Shown here: positions 39,335 to 51,785 of the stretch, piece after piece | How the letters are laid out: every line of letters starts with the position of its first letter | Position numbering within the stretch: the stretch's first letter is position 1 | Source: Leucoraja erinacea | Taxonomy: Eukaryota | Direction: 5' to 3' | Assembly (NCBI RefSeq): GCF_028641065.1 | Contig: NW_026576883.1 | Location: 248,001 to 312,000 of the forward strand | Length of the DNA: 64,000 nt | Notes under the pieces: model-generated | Told to the model about the DNA's origin: nothing | Database searches by the model: none | The model's input: only the letters and a program-made list of their open reading frames with translations | Made by a program: the position numbers and the translations under genes

Positions 39335-42300
39335 CAGAATGGTCAGGGTCGTAAAAATGTCTTTGGACCTTTCAAATGAAATGCACGAGGTATCATTAAC
39401 TATATTCAATTTAATAGATGAATTCAATGGAGATGTTCAATGTCGATTCATTGCAGTCGGGTTTCGGCCCGGCCGAGAGCGGCTGGGCGAGGGGAGCTCC
39501 CGTGTGGAAGGGAGAGGGGGACTAGGAGTTGGCGGTTGGCATAAACTGGTTTGTAACTGGATCAAATGGCAACTCAGGTAGGATTAGAGGATGGCGAAGA
39601 CCAAGATGATGGACGTCAGTATCTAGTCAGAGATCAGGGAGGAATCAAGGAGAAGGAGGAGTCAGGCAAAACGAGCTCAGCCAAAGCAGCAAAAGAGGTT
39701 TTGAAGGGAACAGTTCAGAGGAGGATAGGAGAACGGTTCGGAAAAAGGTTGAAAGGAAGGAGGTTAAAATAATACTGACATTTAGAAAGGAAGATGAGCA
39801 TGTCAATTTAAGTCCGATAGCTTTATCCAGGGAGCTAAAGAAGAAGGTAGGAGAGGTGGAAACAGCTAAGATTTTGAGAGACGGGAACTTGTTAATAATA
39901 TGTAAAACGGAGGAGCAGAAAAATAAGGCTCTGAAGATTGAAAGTGTTTGCAAGAAGATGGTGAGTGAAAGAAAGACTCTGGGTGAGAGTAGAGTGACAA
40001 GGGGAGTAATAACAGGTATTCCTGTAGATGAAGACCAGGAGAAACTCAAATGGAGTATTTTTGGTGGCCAGGTGAGTGTAGCTAAGAGATTGTTAAGGAC
40101 AGTGGAGGGTAAGAGGGTAGAGAGCTTGTCTGTGCTTCTGGAGTTTCAGCAGTCTGAACTACCAGAAAAAGTGAGAATCGGATGCACGAGTTTTCCAGTG
40201 AGGCCTTATATACCTCCACCGCTCCGATGTTATAAATGCCAAAGGTATGGACATATAGCAGCGGTGTGTAAGGGGAAGCAGAGGTGTCCCAAAGTGTGGA
40301 GGAGAGCATAGATTTGAAGAGTGCAGAGAAAATATGCAGGATAAATGCTGCAATTGCGGAGGACCGCACAGGGTAACGTATGGGGGATGTGAAGTCAGGA
40401 AGAGGGCTGTGGAGATTCAGCAAGTGAAAACAGTAAGTAACATAAGCTACTCAGAGGCAGTGAAGAAGGTGCAAGGACAAAGGGGAAGAGTGGATATAAT
40501 TGGGAGAGAGAATCATCCGGTTTTGAGATTAGAGGAAAGTCAAGCAGTCAAAACTCACACAGAACTGACAGCTGATAAGCTTATTGTTTTCATTGCATAT
40601 GTAATCAACTGTACTGATCAGGTTAAACACAAAACAGAAAAAATAAAAATCATTGTTAAGGGAGCAGAGAAGTTTTTGGGTTTAAAAGAAGTATCATGGG
40701 AGAGTATCAATAAAAAGCTTGAAGCAGATGGAAGGCAGGAAGGTTCTGGTGATAGGTCAAATTGATTATATTACAATGGAATGCAAGGAGCATAATAGCA
40801 AATGGACAAGAGTTTAAAGGATTCATTAAAGAGTTAAAGAAGAAACCAGAAGTCATATGTATTCAAGAAACCTGGCTTAAGCCTTCATTAGACTTTGTCA
40901 TCAAAGGTTATGATAGTATCCGTAGAGATAGGGGTGGAGGGGGGTGTGTAATATTTATAAGGTAAGGAATACATTATAGATTGTTGGTGAAAGGAACAGA
41001 ATTAGAATATTTAGTGGTTGAAATTTGGACAAGAAAAGGTAAGGTTAAAATTGTTAATTTTTATAATCCGTGTAAAAGGCTTTCAATGGAGTTGATGGAC
41101 GAACTTGCTGGGTATTTAGGGGGGAAAGTTATATGTTGTGGAGATTTTAATGCTCATAGCACGTTGTGGGATGATTCTAATGATGAAAATGGGATGGTGA
41201 TTGAGGATTTAATGGAGAATAAAAACCTTGTGTGTCTTAATGATGGAAGTGGGACACGAATCAACATCAGAACAGGGTCAGAATCAGCCATAGACCTCAC
41301 CACTAGTGTCGGGCTCATTGGCGGGTGTTTGTTCATGGGAAGTAATTCGAAGAACAACGGTAGGAAGTGACCACTACCCGATAGAAATAGTAGTAGGAGT
41401 GAGTTTAGAGGAGTATAATACAGAGAGAATACAGAAGTGGTCTTTTAGTGGTGCTGATTGGGAGAAGTTTAAGATTATTAGTGATCAAGAAATGGAGAAA
41501 ATTGATATTTATGAAGATGTGGATAATTTAAATATTTCTGTTTGTGAAGCCATTTTAGAGGCAGCAACGAAGTCCATTAAAAAGAAAGGAGGTAAGCGCA
41601 ACAAGAAGAGTGTACCATGGTGGACTAAGGAGTGTGACAAAGCAATTAAGTGTCGAAATAAAGCTTTTAAAATTTTGAAAATAAATCACAATTTTCAGAA
41701 TCTTATTGAATACAAAAGGTTGCAAGCAAGTGTAAGAAGAGTAATAAAAAATGCAAAGAGGGAATTTTGGAGGACATTTTGTAACTCAGTGGGAAGGGAG
41801 ACAAAAGTAGGTCAAGTTTGGGGAATGATAAGGAGAATGAAAGGAATTAAAAGAGAATACAAATATCCAATCCTAACTGACGGTGAAATTACAGCAGTGA
41901 AAGATGAAGAGAAAGCAGAGATGTTGGCAAAATCTTTTGCTAAAATTCACAGTTCAGACAATGTTAGTGAAGAAGGAAGAAAAGGAAAAGAAAATACTAT
42001 AGCAGAGAATATACAGTTAATACGATACGAGGAAGACACTAACGATGTTTTTAACAAACCATTCACAAAGACAGAATTCAACCGAGCTCTTAGAAAAACC
42101 AAGATGTCAGCACCAGGTAAAGATCAGATTTGTTACACCATGTTAAACCATCTCAGTGAAACATCCAAGGATTTTTTTATTAGAATTTTATAATAAAGTG
42201 TGGGAGGGTGGGAAATTACCGCAAAGCTGGAAGGAGGCAGTAGTATTCCAAATAGGAAAACCAGGTAAAGATCTGACAAACCCAGGGAATTATAGGCCTA

Positions 42301-45300
42301 TTGCGTTAACATCCAACATATGTAAAGTAATGGAAAAAATGGTAAATGAAAGGTTAACATATTATAGAATAGAATAGAATAGTTTCTTTATTGTCATTGT
42401 AACATGAACCATGTACAACAAAATTTAAAAATGTCAGCAGTCAACGATACCATTCAAACATTTCTAAAAGCTAACACATATCATACAATCATAAAATATT
42501 AAAAGATAAGCCCGGACTAAAGGATGCTAATACCACAGGCTGTGAGGCTCATGAAAATAGCACGGACTTGACTTCCTCTGCACTCACAGTTAATAACTGG
42601 CAATAACTGGGGCAAATCAGCGGCCCCGGACATTTTTTTATGATTGGTTTACTGTTTTTAACACCCATTTTAAACTATTTATTCCTCCATCAGGGACACA
42701 GTGTACCACAGTCCTTAGTATGTATCGCCCCTGAGGCGTTCACTGGGCGGCTACATTTAGTGCTTTTATAGCAGTGACAATAAGGTTGATTGATTGGATT
42801 GATAAAAATAAAATATTAAAAGATAAACAACTAAAATAAATTTTTAAGTCTGTTTGTCCTTGTCCTTGTAGATCTGTACCGTCTGCCTGACGGCAACAGT
42901 TCAAACAGGGAGTGTCCGGGGTGGGAAATGTCCTTTATAATACTCTGGGATTTTTTGATGCAGCGGGAACTGTGTAAGTCCTCCAAGGTAAGGAGAGGGC
43001 AGCCGACAATCCTCTGGGCGTTGTCAATGGCCCTCTGGAGCGCTTTCCTCTGAGCCGCTGTGCAGCTGGTATACCATACGCATACACAGTATGTTAGGAT
43101 GCTCTCAATGGAGCACCGATAAAAGGACAGCAGCAGTCTCTGATTGATGTTATTCTTCCTGAGCACCCTCTTTTATGTAGAAAATAAAGGATATTTATCC
43201 AATTACCAGAGTGGCTTTTGGAAGGGGAGAAACACCATGGATCCAGCTATATGTTTAGAACATGAAATTAGGAGAGCACAAATTAACAGGGAAAGTGTAG
43301 TAGCTGTGTTTTTTGATATTGAGAAAGCATATGATATGATGTGGGGAGAAGGGTTATTAGTAAAACTAGGTAAATTGGGGATTAAAAGTCGTATATTTAA
43401 ATGGATTAAGGATTTTTTATTTGGGAGGTCAATACAAGTACGAGTTGGAAATCAATACTCAGGAACATTAGATATTGAAAATGGAACACCTCAAGGGAGC
43501 ATAATAAGTCCTTTACTATTTTTAGTAATGATAAATGATGTATATGAAGAAATTGTAAATGAAATGGGAGTTTCACTGTTTGCGGATGATGGGGCAATCT
43601 GGAAAAGGGGGAGAAATGTGAAGTTTATTGTGCAGAAACTACAGAGGGCTATAATAAAGGTACAAGAGTGAGTGGTCATATAAATGGGGATTCAAATTTT
43701 CTGTGGAAAAGACAAAGATAATGTTTTTTACTAGGAAGAAAATTGATAGTGAGGTAAAACTAAAATTATATAACCAGGAATTGGAGAGAGTAAAATACTA
43801 TAAATTTTTAGGTTTATGGTTTGATGAGAGGATTACATGGATGGTTCATATTCAGAAAGTAGTGGACAAATGTAAGAAGATACTTAATGTAATGAGATGT
43901 TTAGTTGGATGTGATTGGGGGGCAGATAGAACAGCTTTGAAGGCTATATACACTGGGTTAATTAGATCTGTGTTAGATTATGGTTGTGTGGTGTATGGGT
44001 CCGCATCAAGTACTTCTCTTAAGAAAATAGACAACATTCAATATCAGGCATTGAGAATATGTACAGGTGCAATAAAAACAACTCCAACAGCAGCATTACA
44101 GGTTGAAATGGGGGAGATGCCTCTAGAGATGAGAAGGATACAGCTTTCATTGAATTACTGGATTAACCTACAGGGCCACAGTCAAGAACACCCAGCACAA
44201 GTTACTGTCAAACCATGCTGGGAAAAGGAGAGAAGGGAAACAAAAAGTTTTGGATGGACAGTGACCCAGAGAGCATTACAAATCAGCATAGCACAATTAA
44301 ATGTGGTTCCAACGGTTCCATTACCTTCAATTCCACCTTGGATACTTCCAGATGCAACAGTAGACTTTACAATATTAGAACAGAAAAACAAGGATAAACA
44401 GCATATGTATAATTCAGTCATCATACAGGAATACATTGACAGATACTACAGTTTTGTCCACATTTATACAGATGCATCAAAAGATTCAGTAGATAAAGTA
44501 GGAGTAGCATTTATTGTACCAGAATTTCACATCAAAGTAGGGAAGAGGATCAATAATGAGGTCTCAGTATACACAGGTGAAATGATTGCAATATTGTTAG
44601 CAGTACAGTGGGTCGAGGATACTAGGCCTTTAAGGACAGTTATTTGTTCAGATTCAAGTTTAGCAATAAAGAGTTTACAGCACAGCCATTCAGACAGTAG
44701 ACCAGACATTTTGATAGAAATACAACAAACACTATTCAGAATTCAAATGATGGGGCTTACAGTCATATTTTTATGGGTACCAGCACACATTGGCATTAGA
44801 GGAAACGAAATGGCAGATAAGGTAGCAAAAGAGGTAACAAAAAGAAGTAAGATTGATTTAAGTATTAACATAGGTAAAACTGAAATCAAAGACATTATTA
44901 AGCAAAGACTGAAGGAAAGATGGCAAAAGCAATGGGAGGAAGAGCGGAAAGGACGGTGGTTCTACAGAGTCCAGAGGAAAGTGGGAGAGATGAGATGTGC
45001 AGGAAAGAACAGAGAAGAGGAGACAGTGATTTCAAGAATTAGATTTGGACACACTGGTCTGAACAGTACACTTTTTGTAATGGGCAAGCATAATACAGGC
45101 AGATGTGAATACTGTGGGCAAGAGGAAACGATAGAGCATGTCATTGTACATTGTGAGAGGTATGAGGAGGAGAGAGAACGGATGAGTGAGCAGTTCAGAA
45201 AAGAAGGAGTACAATTTGATTTGGTAGATATTTTGCAAGGGAGTTCAAATAAGTGCTATCAAATCATGTTGCTTTTTCTTAGGGTAACCAATTTGTTCTG

Positions 45301-45430
45301 AAGGGTATAGGATATCAGTATATGTAATGGTGTTGTTTGATCCACACTCCATGCCAGTTGGTGGCGGTAATGCACCAAAAAAGTTGTTTGCCAACCGCCA
45401 AAAAACACTATATAGAAGAAGAAGAAGTAG
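39335..45430 (+). mobile_element. Near full-length Nimb/I-clade LINE (ORF1 with CCHC knuckles; ORF2 APE-RT-RNaseH-CCHC), inactivated
   Basis: ORF1 pieces 39566-40765 (RCYKCQRYGH, CCNCGGPH). ORF2 pieces 40762-45301: ILQWNARS, ICIQETWL, GDFNAH, SDHYPI, YRPIALTS, FDIEKAYD, GTPQGSIISP, LFADD, IYTDAS, WVPAHIGIRGNEMAD, CEYCGQEETIEHVIVHC. 3' stem ggcggt..accgcc and a (gaa)n tail. Confidence 0.92.
42366..43172 (-). mobile_element. Rex1-like 3' fragment nested in the Nimb RT, itself containing a + strand LINE tail (42510-42807)
   Basis: ORF 42831-43166 (FYRCSIESILTYC..HPGHSLFELLPSGRRYRS), (agaat)n tail. Nimb ERLTYY|VENKG rejoins across it. The inner insert is flanked by the 19-bp repeat ataaaatattaaaagataa. 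Confidence 0.85.
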
Positions 45431-45654
45431 ATGTCACTTCACTGAATTTGGATAATGTGCACAACATGTAACATGCACAAGAATCTCATGGAAAAAATCG
45501 TTTTCATCTGAATTAAGTATTTGTATTATTTGAGTTACTTATTTGTTTGTTTTCCTTTGTGTTTTATTTTCTTTTTTTATTGCTTACAGGTTTATTTGTG
45601 TTTGTATTTTTTAACATGTTCAATAAATTAATTTAAAAAAATTAATAAAGTAAG

Positions 45655-47285
45655 TACCTTGGTGCTTTTAAGATGGAAATCAACCCAAAAATGCTTGGCT
45701 GTGCAGCTTGTTTTTAAACTCCATTTTTGAATATTCCTGCGTGCAATTTGTAATTGCAATATTTCCTACATTGCAAAATAGTGGCTGTATTTCCAAATTA
45801 TTTTGTCAGTAAAGCACTTTGGAGTCTCCTGTGGGGATATTGTATGAATGCAAGAAGGTGCTTTGTGGCACGAACTTGGGCTTGGAAGAAACACTCCATT
45901 TCCAATGCTGAAACTGAAGTTGCGAGCCGAAGGTGTCCGCGGGCGTGGAATGGATAATCATCTACTTCTTTTTACCCCCTCTCCTCCAGCTTGTAATGTT
46001 AATATCTCTTCTTTGTATTTCTGTCTGACAGAAAGAAATGATCGCATTTTCTGCTTTGAGGAGATCATCAAGACATAGATGACTATGTGAAGCTTCAAAA
46101 ACTTGCATCTGGACTTTGATCTCCTTTTCCCTTTCCTCAGGATTCTCCTCCAAGATACTTTCTGTTATTTGTTTCTTTTCCCGAATCTTCATCAACAATC
46201 TTGTTTTTATTTTAAGAGACCAGGCTACCGATGTTATCAATTTATTCCATGATGAAAAGTGGGTAATTAAATTATTCACGGTGTCATATGAGTTTTTTTT
46301 CAATCACATTCACCGAAATGTTTTGTTTAATTTCCGGATCTTTTGTAGAGATTTCAGATCCGAGTTCAAGCTTTGGCCATTCTCTACTTGGCTTACTAAG
46401 AAACTTTGGCTCATTGATCCATCTCTTGTTATTAAGAAAGCAATTTGCTGTTTGTCCCCTAGAGGCTTCATCCGCAGGATTTTCCTTTGTATTAACATAT
46501 CTCCATTGAGAAACATTAGTAGCTCCTAGTACAAAGGAAACTCTATTTGCAACAAATGTCATAAAACGTTTGTTTTCATTGTTAATGTATTTCAAAACCA
46601 TAGTGCTATCGGTCCAGAAGGTAGATTCTTTCAGTTGAAATTGCAGTTCCTTTCTCAGCATTATGTCAATTTTAACAGCTAAGACTGCTGCTGTAAGTTC
46701 CATTCAGGGAATAATTTGCTTCAATGGTGCTACTCTGGCTTTTCCCCATTAAGAATGCAACATGCACTCTTTTGTTTACATTTTGTAGTCTTAAGTATGA
46801 AACAGTCCCATAACCACTTTCGCTGGCATCCAAAAAGTTGTGCATTTCCGATTTTACCAAAGGTTTTAGGCTTTATACACCGATCTATTTTAAACTTTGA
46901 AATTTTGTGGAGGTCTTTTAACCATTCTGTCCAACTGTGCGAGGATGTTTGAGTTATACTCTCATCCCAACCAAGTTTTTCTCTACACAGATTCTGTAAA
47001 ATTAACTTGGCTAGCAGTGTAAATGGTGCAAGAAATCCCAAAGGATCATATACTGAACCAATCACAGATAAGACACCCCTTCTTGTGCATGGTCGTTCCT
47101 GAATCGACAATTTAAACTTAAACACATCCGTTTCCACGCACCAGTGCAGTCCCAGTGCCCTTTCCATTGGCAAGTTGTCTTTGTCTAAATCCAACTCCTT
47201 GCTTTCTTCCGCTCTGTCATCTGGTGGAATGCTTTCCAAAACAGCACGACTGTTGCTGACCCACTTGGTAAGTACAAATCCTCCC
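45655..47285 (-). mobile_element. BEL/Pao LTR-retrotransposon pol fragment, frameshifted
   Basis: [75 protein letters not shown]. Confidence 0.9.
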
Positions 47286-47321
47286 TTATAAAAAGCCCAG
47301 GTGGAAGTGTTGGAAAGCCCT

Positions 47322-47470
47322 GCTTTTTCTTAGGGTAACCAATTTGTTCGGAAGGATATAGGTTATTAGTATGTAATGGTGTTGTTTGATCCACACTCCA
47401 TGCCAGTTGGTGGCACCAAAAAATTTGTTTGCCAACCGCCAAAAAACACTACATAGAAGAAGAAGTAGGA
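47322..47470 (+). mobile_element. 5'-truncated copy of the same Nimb family (3' end only)
   Basis: Matches 45270-45430; 13-bp TSD gttggaaagccct (47309-47321 / 47471-47483). Confidence 0.85.
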
Positions 47471-47599
47471 GTTGGAAAGCCCTTGCCCAGAAATGGAGAC
47501 AGAGCCGCCGAGAAATGGAGGAGGGCAGTGCGAAACTAAACAGAGGAAAGTGGGGACTATTTGGAAAGTGAGGGAGATAAAACGATAAAAAGATAAAGA

Positions 47600-47950
47600 A
47601 CTGGACAAGCTAGATGTAGGAAAAATGTTCCCAATGTTGGGCGAGTCCAGAACCAGGGGCCACAGTCTGAGAATAAAGGGGAGGCCATTTAAGACTGGGG
47701 TGAGAAAAAACGTTTTCACCCAGTTGTGAATTTGTGGAATTCCCTGCCATCGAGGGCAGTGGAGGCCAAGTCACTGGATGGATTTAAGAGAGAGCTAGAT
47801 AGAGCTCTAGGGGCTAGTGGAATCAAGGGATATGGGGAGAAGGCAGGCACGGGTTATTGGTTGGGGACGATCAGTCATGACCGCAATGAATGGCGGTGCT
47901 GGCTCGAAGGGCCGAATGGCCTCCTCCTGCACCCATTTTCTATGTTTCTA
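47600..47950 (+). mobile_element. CR1 3' fragment
   Basis: NLWNSLPSRAVEA..FKRELDRAL..GYGEKAG followed by a tttctatg tail. Confidence 0.85.
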
Positions 47951-48964
47951 AAACATTAAAGTGGTGAACGAGAGCAGCAGCGATACAGTCACACAGCACG
48001 GAAACAGAACTTTCAGCACAGCTGTTCTATGCCGACCAAGATGCCCCATCTAAGTTAGTCCTATTTGCCGCGTTTGGCCCATGCACCCCATCTAATCTCT
48101 CCCGCCCATGCACCCCATCTAATCTTTCCCGCCCATGCACCTGTCCAGATGTATTTTAAATGCCTCAAACAACCGCCATAAAGTACCCGAGGAAGCGGCG
48201 GGGGAGGGTTGTGGCTACGACTGAAACAAGGAACGTTCCCCGTAGTCTACAGAGAGGTAGGCAGAGCCTGATCCCTAACGGGTTCCCACCCGGAATCTGG
48301 AATTTGTTTTGGACCCATTCTTGCACAGATCAGTTCACTAGAAAACGAATCTATTGCGTGAATAGGAAATGTTTCAAACACGATGTAAACACAACGTGAG
48401 AGCGGGCTTTAAGACCCGGGGAGCCCGGAGCTGTGGAGCCGCCGCCGCTGCTGCTGCTGAACCCGCGGTCAATGGGGTTTTGGGCGCGAAACGGCGGCGG
48501 AACCATCCAAAGCAAAGATCTTTGATCCAAAGATCCTCTATAATCTTTGGTACCATCAATGAAAGGGGCGGGGCCCGGCTGAGGGGAGGCGGAGCTCAGC
48601 CCCGTCAATCACAGCCCTGACCAGAAAATGGATGTCATTTGTAATCGGCTGCGGGTAAATTTCATTCCCTTAAACTAAATACATCAGTGCTTCCTATCGT
48701 GAATTGTTCATTATGTTAGGCTGCACACTAATGTTACTTATACAGCAAATACTATAATGAAGAAGGGTCTCCTCCAGTGATGGAACTAGAGGGTACACTA
48801 AGGTCCGTCAGGCTGAAGGGGAGGAGGGGGATTTTTTTAATGTGCGGTCATACCCATGTAAGAGTACACGCATGCATAACTTGTTTATTGTGTATTATAT
48901 GACACAGCTGCTTTCTTGCATCTCTCTCTCTCGGTGGCTCTGGCCATCGTCTGCTTCGGTGAAG

Positions 48965-49335
48965 GAAGCTGGTGATTGGTTACAACGCCCCTCGGAGACT
49001 GTGTCTGATTGGCCACCGAGTGACCAGCGCGTTACGTGATTGGACACAATGGCCTTGGAGACAGCGGCTGATTGGATGGGAGGGAGACCGATTTGTTGAT
49101 TGGACGGGAATGTTAAGGGAACCTGTTCGGTGATTGGTCACAACGCCCCCGCAGAGACTGTGTCTGATTGGCCATGGAGTGACCAGCGCATTACGTGATT
49201 GGACACAATGCCCTTGAAGACAGCAGCTGATTGGATGGGAGGAGACCGATTTGTTGATTGGACGGGAATTTTAAGGGGAGCTGGTCGGAGATTGGACGCA
49301 ACCCCCTTCGAGACAGCGCTTGATTGGCCGCCAAA
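48965..49335. repeat. Array of 12 ATTGG (CCAAT) boxes at ~32-bp spacing, ~158-bp higher-order unit
   Basis: attgg at ~48975, 49008, 49039, 49071, 49099, 49133, 49167, 49198, 49230, 49257, 49291, 49323. Confidence 0.8.
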
Positions 49336-49894
49336 TAATCGGGCACAAAAACTGACAAATAGGGAAACAAAAAAAAAATCGGAATTGCAATTTAAATCTG
49401 ATATAAGGTACATAGGGTGGGTATCGATTAATTCTAAACAACAGATTTAAAAAATAATCTAACCCCATTAATTAACTCAAGGTGTATTATGATGTGTTCC
49501 ACAGTATGAAGTGTACAGCAAAACTTGCACTTCCAGAGTGGTCTATCATGTTGTTTCTTCAGTGGACCACCGATTTATTTTAAGAGCAAAACATAATGTG
49601 CTGGAGAACTCAGCAGGTCCAGCTGGATCAATGGATGGTCCGAAGAAGGTTCTCGACACAAAACGTCACCTATTCCTTCTCTCCAGAGATGCTGCCTCAC
49701 CCGCTGAGTTACTCCAGCATCTTGTGTCTATCTATGGAGGGAATGGCTAGGCGACGTTGAGGGTCGGGTCCCTCCTTCAGGCATTTTTAAGGGGTTGGGA
49801 AAGATCAAAATTTTACGTATTTAAATATTATGTTACAAATATAACCAGTAGTGTGGGGTAAAATTCCATGAGCTACAATTGCCACATACATACC

Positions 49895-50020
49895 GGGGTG
49901 GAAGATTGCAACCTTCACCCTGTTTCGACTAATGCAATCAACTCGACGTGCACAAACGGAAGATCAAATAGAACAAGTTGTCCAACAACTTTAGGCTGTG
50001 CACGCCACACGAAAGAAGAA
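49895..50020 (+). mobile_element. 126-bp SINE-like insertion with a Vingi-type tail
   Basis: 14-bp TSD gccacatacatacc (49881-49894 / 50021-50034); ends cacacgaaagaagaa. Confidence 0.7.
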
Positions 50021-51065
50021 GCCACATACATACCCAAAAGTAGAAATGTAGAAAGTTACAGTGTGTAAAAAAATAGATATCTGGAAAATTGTAGACTCCT
50101 TGTACCAATCAAACGCCAAATTCAAAATTCTACATGTTGAAAATGGGCAAAGAAAAGAGTAGCATGTTCTCTAGAAAGGCTTATCCTAAAATAATTGATC
50201 GGAAGGGTGTGATTTTCAGTCAGGATGTCTGAATCATTCAGTCAGCGAGCTCGCGGTCCGGACTCCTTCTCTATTACCCTTCTACATAAAAGCAAAGTGT
50301 CAATGCCTCTTCAAGTTCTACTAATCCACCCGAAGCTACAGTTGCAGGTACAGCTGAAGAGATTTGGCGCTCTGGCAACGCTATGAATTTATATGAATTT
50401 TAAAAATCCGATAGGTTTAAATCGTTCAAAGGCTACAACCACAACGTGATAAATAACTCTAAATAAAACAGAAGCAAATAAAGGCAAACAGAAGAACTAA
50501 CCTTGAAGGAGAGAGATAAAACAAAACGCATACAAATTACTAAATAATGTGGGTGTACAAAAATGCTGGAGAAACTCAGCGGGTGAGATGCTGCCTCGCC
50601 CCGCTGGGTTTCTCCACATTTTTGTTTCTACCTTCGTTTGTTCCAGCATTTGCAGTTCCTTCTTAAAATAACATGGGTGAATGCCTATACCTGCACAGCA
50701 GGAAGAAGCCTATGCTCGCGATACGGAGCCCTTAATGACAGTAAGTTTTAAGAAATTCTCCCGTGAATTTTATTCAAAGGAACGCAGCGTCATTAATACT
50801 TGGTCACAACACAATTATATTGACTGAGGAATACAGATCGATGTAAGCCTGGAGATTTTTTTAATGATAAATTTAGTTTCAGAAGCGTTGGAATGATTCA
50901 GGGCTATTTTCCCAGCGTGGAAAAGTCAAAGACGAGACGACATTGAATTTAGCACTGTAGGGGGATCTATCAAGAAAATGTGCGGGGCATGTTTTATTAC
51001 ACAGGGTGGTGGGTGCCTGGAACGCACTGCTGGAGTGGTGGTCGAGGCACATACGGTGGAGGCAT

Positions 51066-51505
51066 TGCAGTCTGATGTGGGCTCTCCATAAAGACATCCT
51101 CTATGGAAAGCTGCATCTGGGAGGAGAACCATTGGCCTTCCCCAGCTACGTTACAAGGATGTCTGCAAGAGAGATATGAAGGTGCTCGACATCGATGTGG
51201 TGTCCTGGGAGAGCCTTGCAGCTGTCCGCATGAGGTGGAGAGGTACCCTGAACCAACATCTCAAAACAGAGGAAGAGAAACTGTTGAACGCAGCAGCAGA
51301 CAAGTGGGGCACGCAGAATGGAGCGCAGCAACTTCAACAAACCAGAGACCACACGCAAATGTGACCTTTGCGACAGAGACTGTCACTCCCACATTGGTCT
51401 CTTCAGCCACAAGCGACGCTGCTCCAGCCGAGGTTTGTAACAAGAAGCCAACAACTAGGAAGCATCACCCATGGTCAGTCATGACCGAGGGGGGCCCACA
51501 ATATT
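51066..51505 (+). mobile_element. RTE-clade LINE 3' fragment
   Basis: PQLRYKDVCKRDMKVLDIDVVSWESLA..RWR and C-terminal CDLCDRDCHSHIGLFSHKRRC. Confidence 0.8.
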
Positions 51506-51667
51506 AAAGTTCTGATCTTGAGAATATCACATTTTTGAATTTTCAAGGCAGTCTGGGTGTTTATTACTATTTCCGTCACAAAGGTCAATTTTGTAATTAT
51601 CTACAATTAGGTAACTAAGTAATTAAACACTTTAATTTCAGGTCATCCAAGTAAGATGTATCATGTG

Positions 51668-51785
51668 TTTAAGAAGGAACTTCAGATGGTGGAAAATCGA
51701 AGGTACACAAAAAAGCTGGAGAAACTCCAGCTTTTTTGTGTACCTTCGATTTTCCACCATCTGAAGTTCCTTTTTTGTGTACCTA
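51668..51785. repeat. Long inverted repeat (same family as 1028-1164; related ~50553-50665 and ~58771-58955)
   Basis: aaggaacttcagatggtggaaaatcgaaggtacacaaaaaagctggag-aaa-ctccagcttttttgtgtaccttcgattttccaccatctgaagttcctt; flanked by atgtatcat repeats. Confidence 0.8.
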
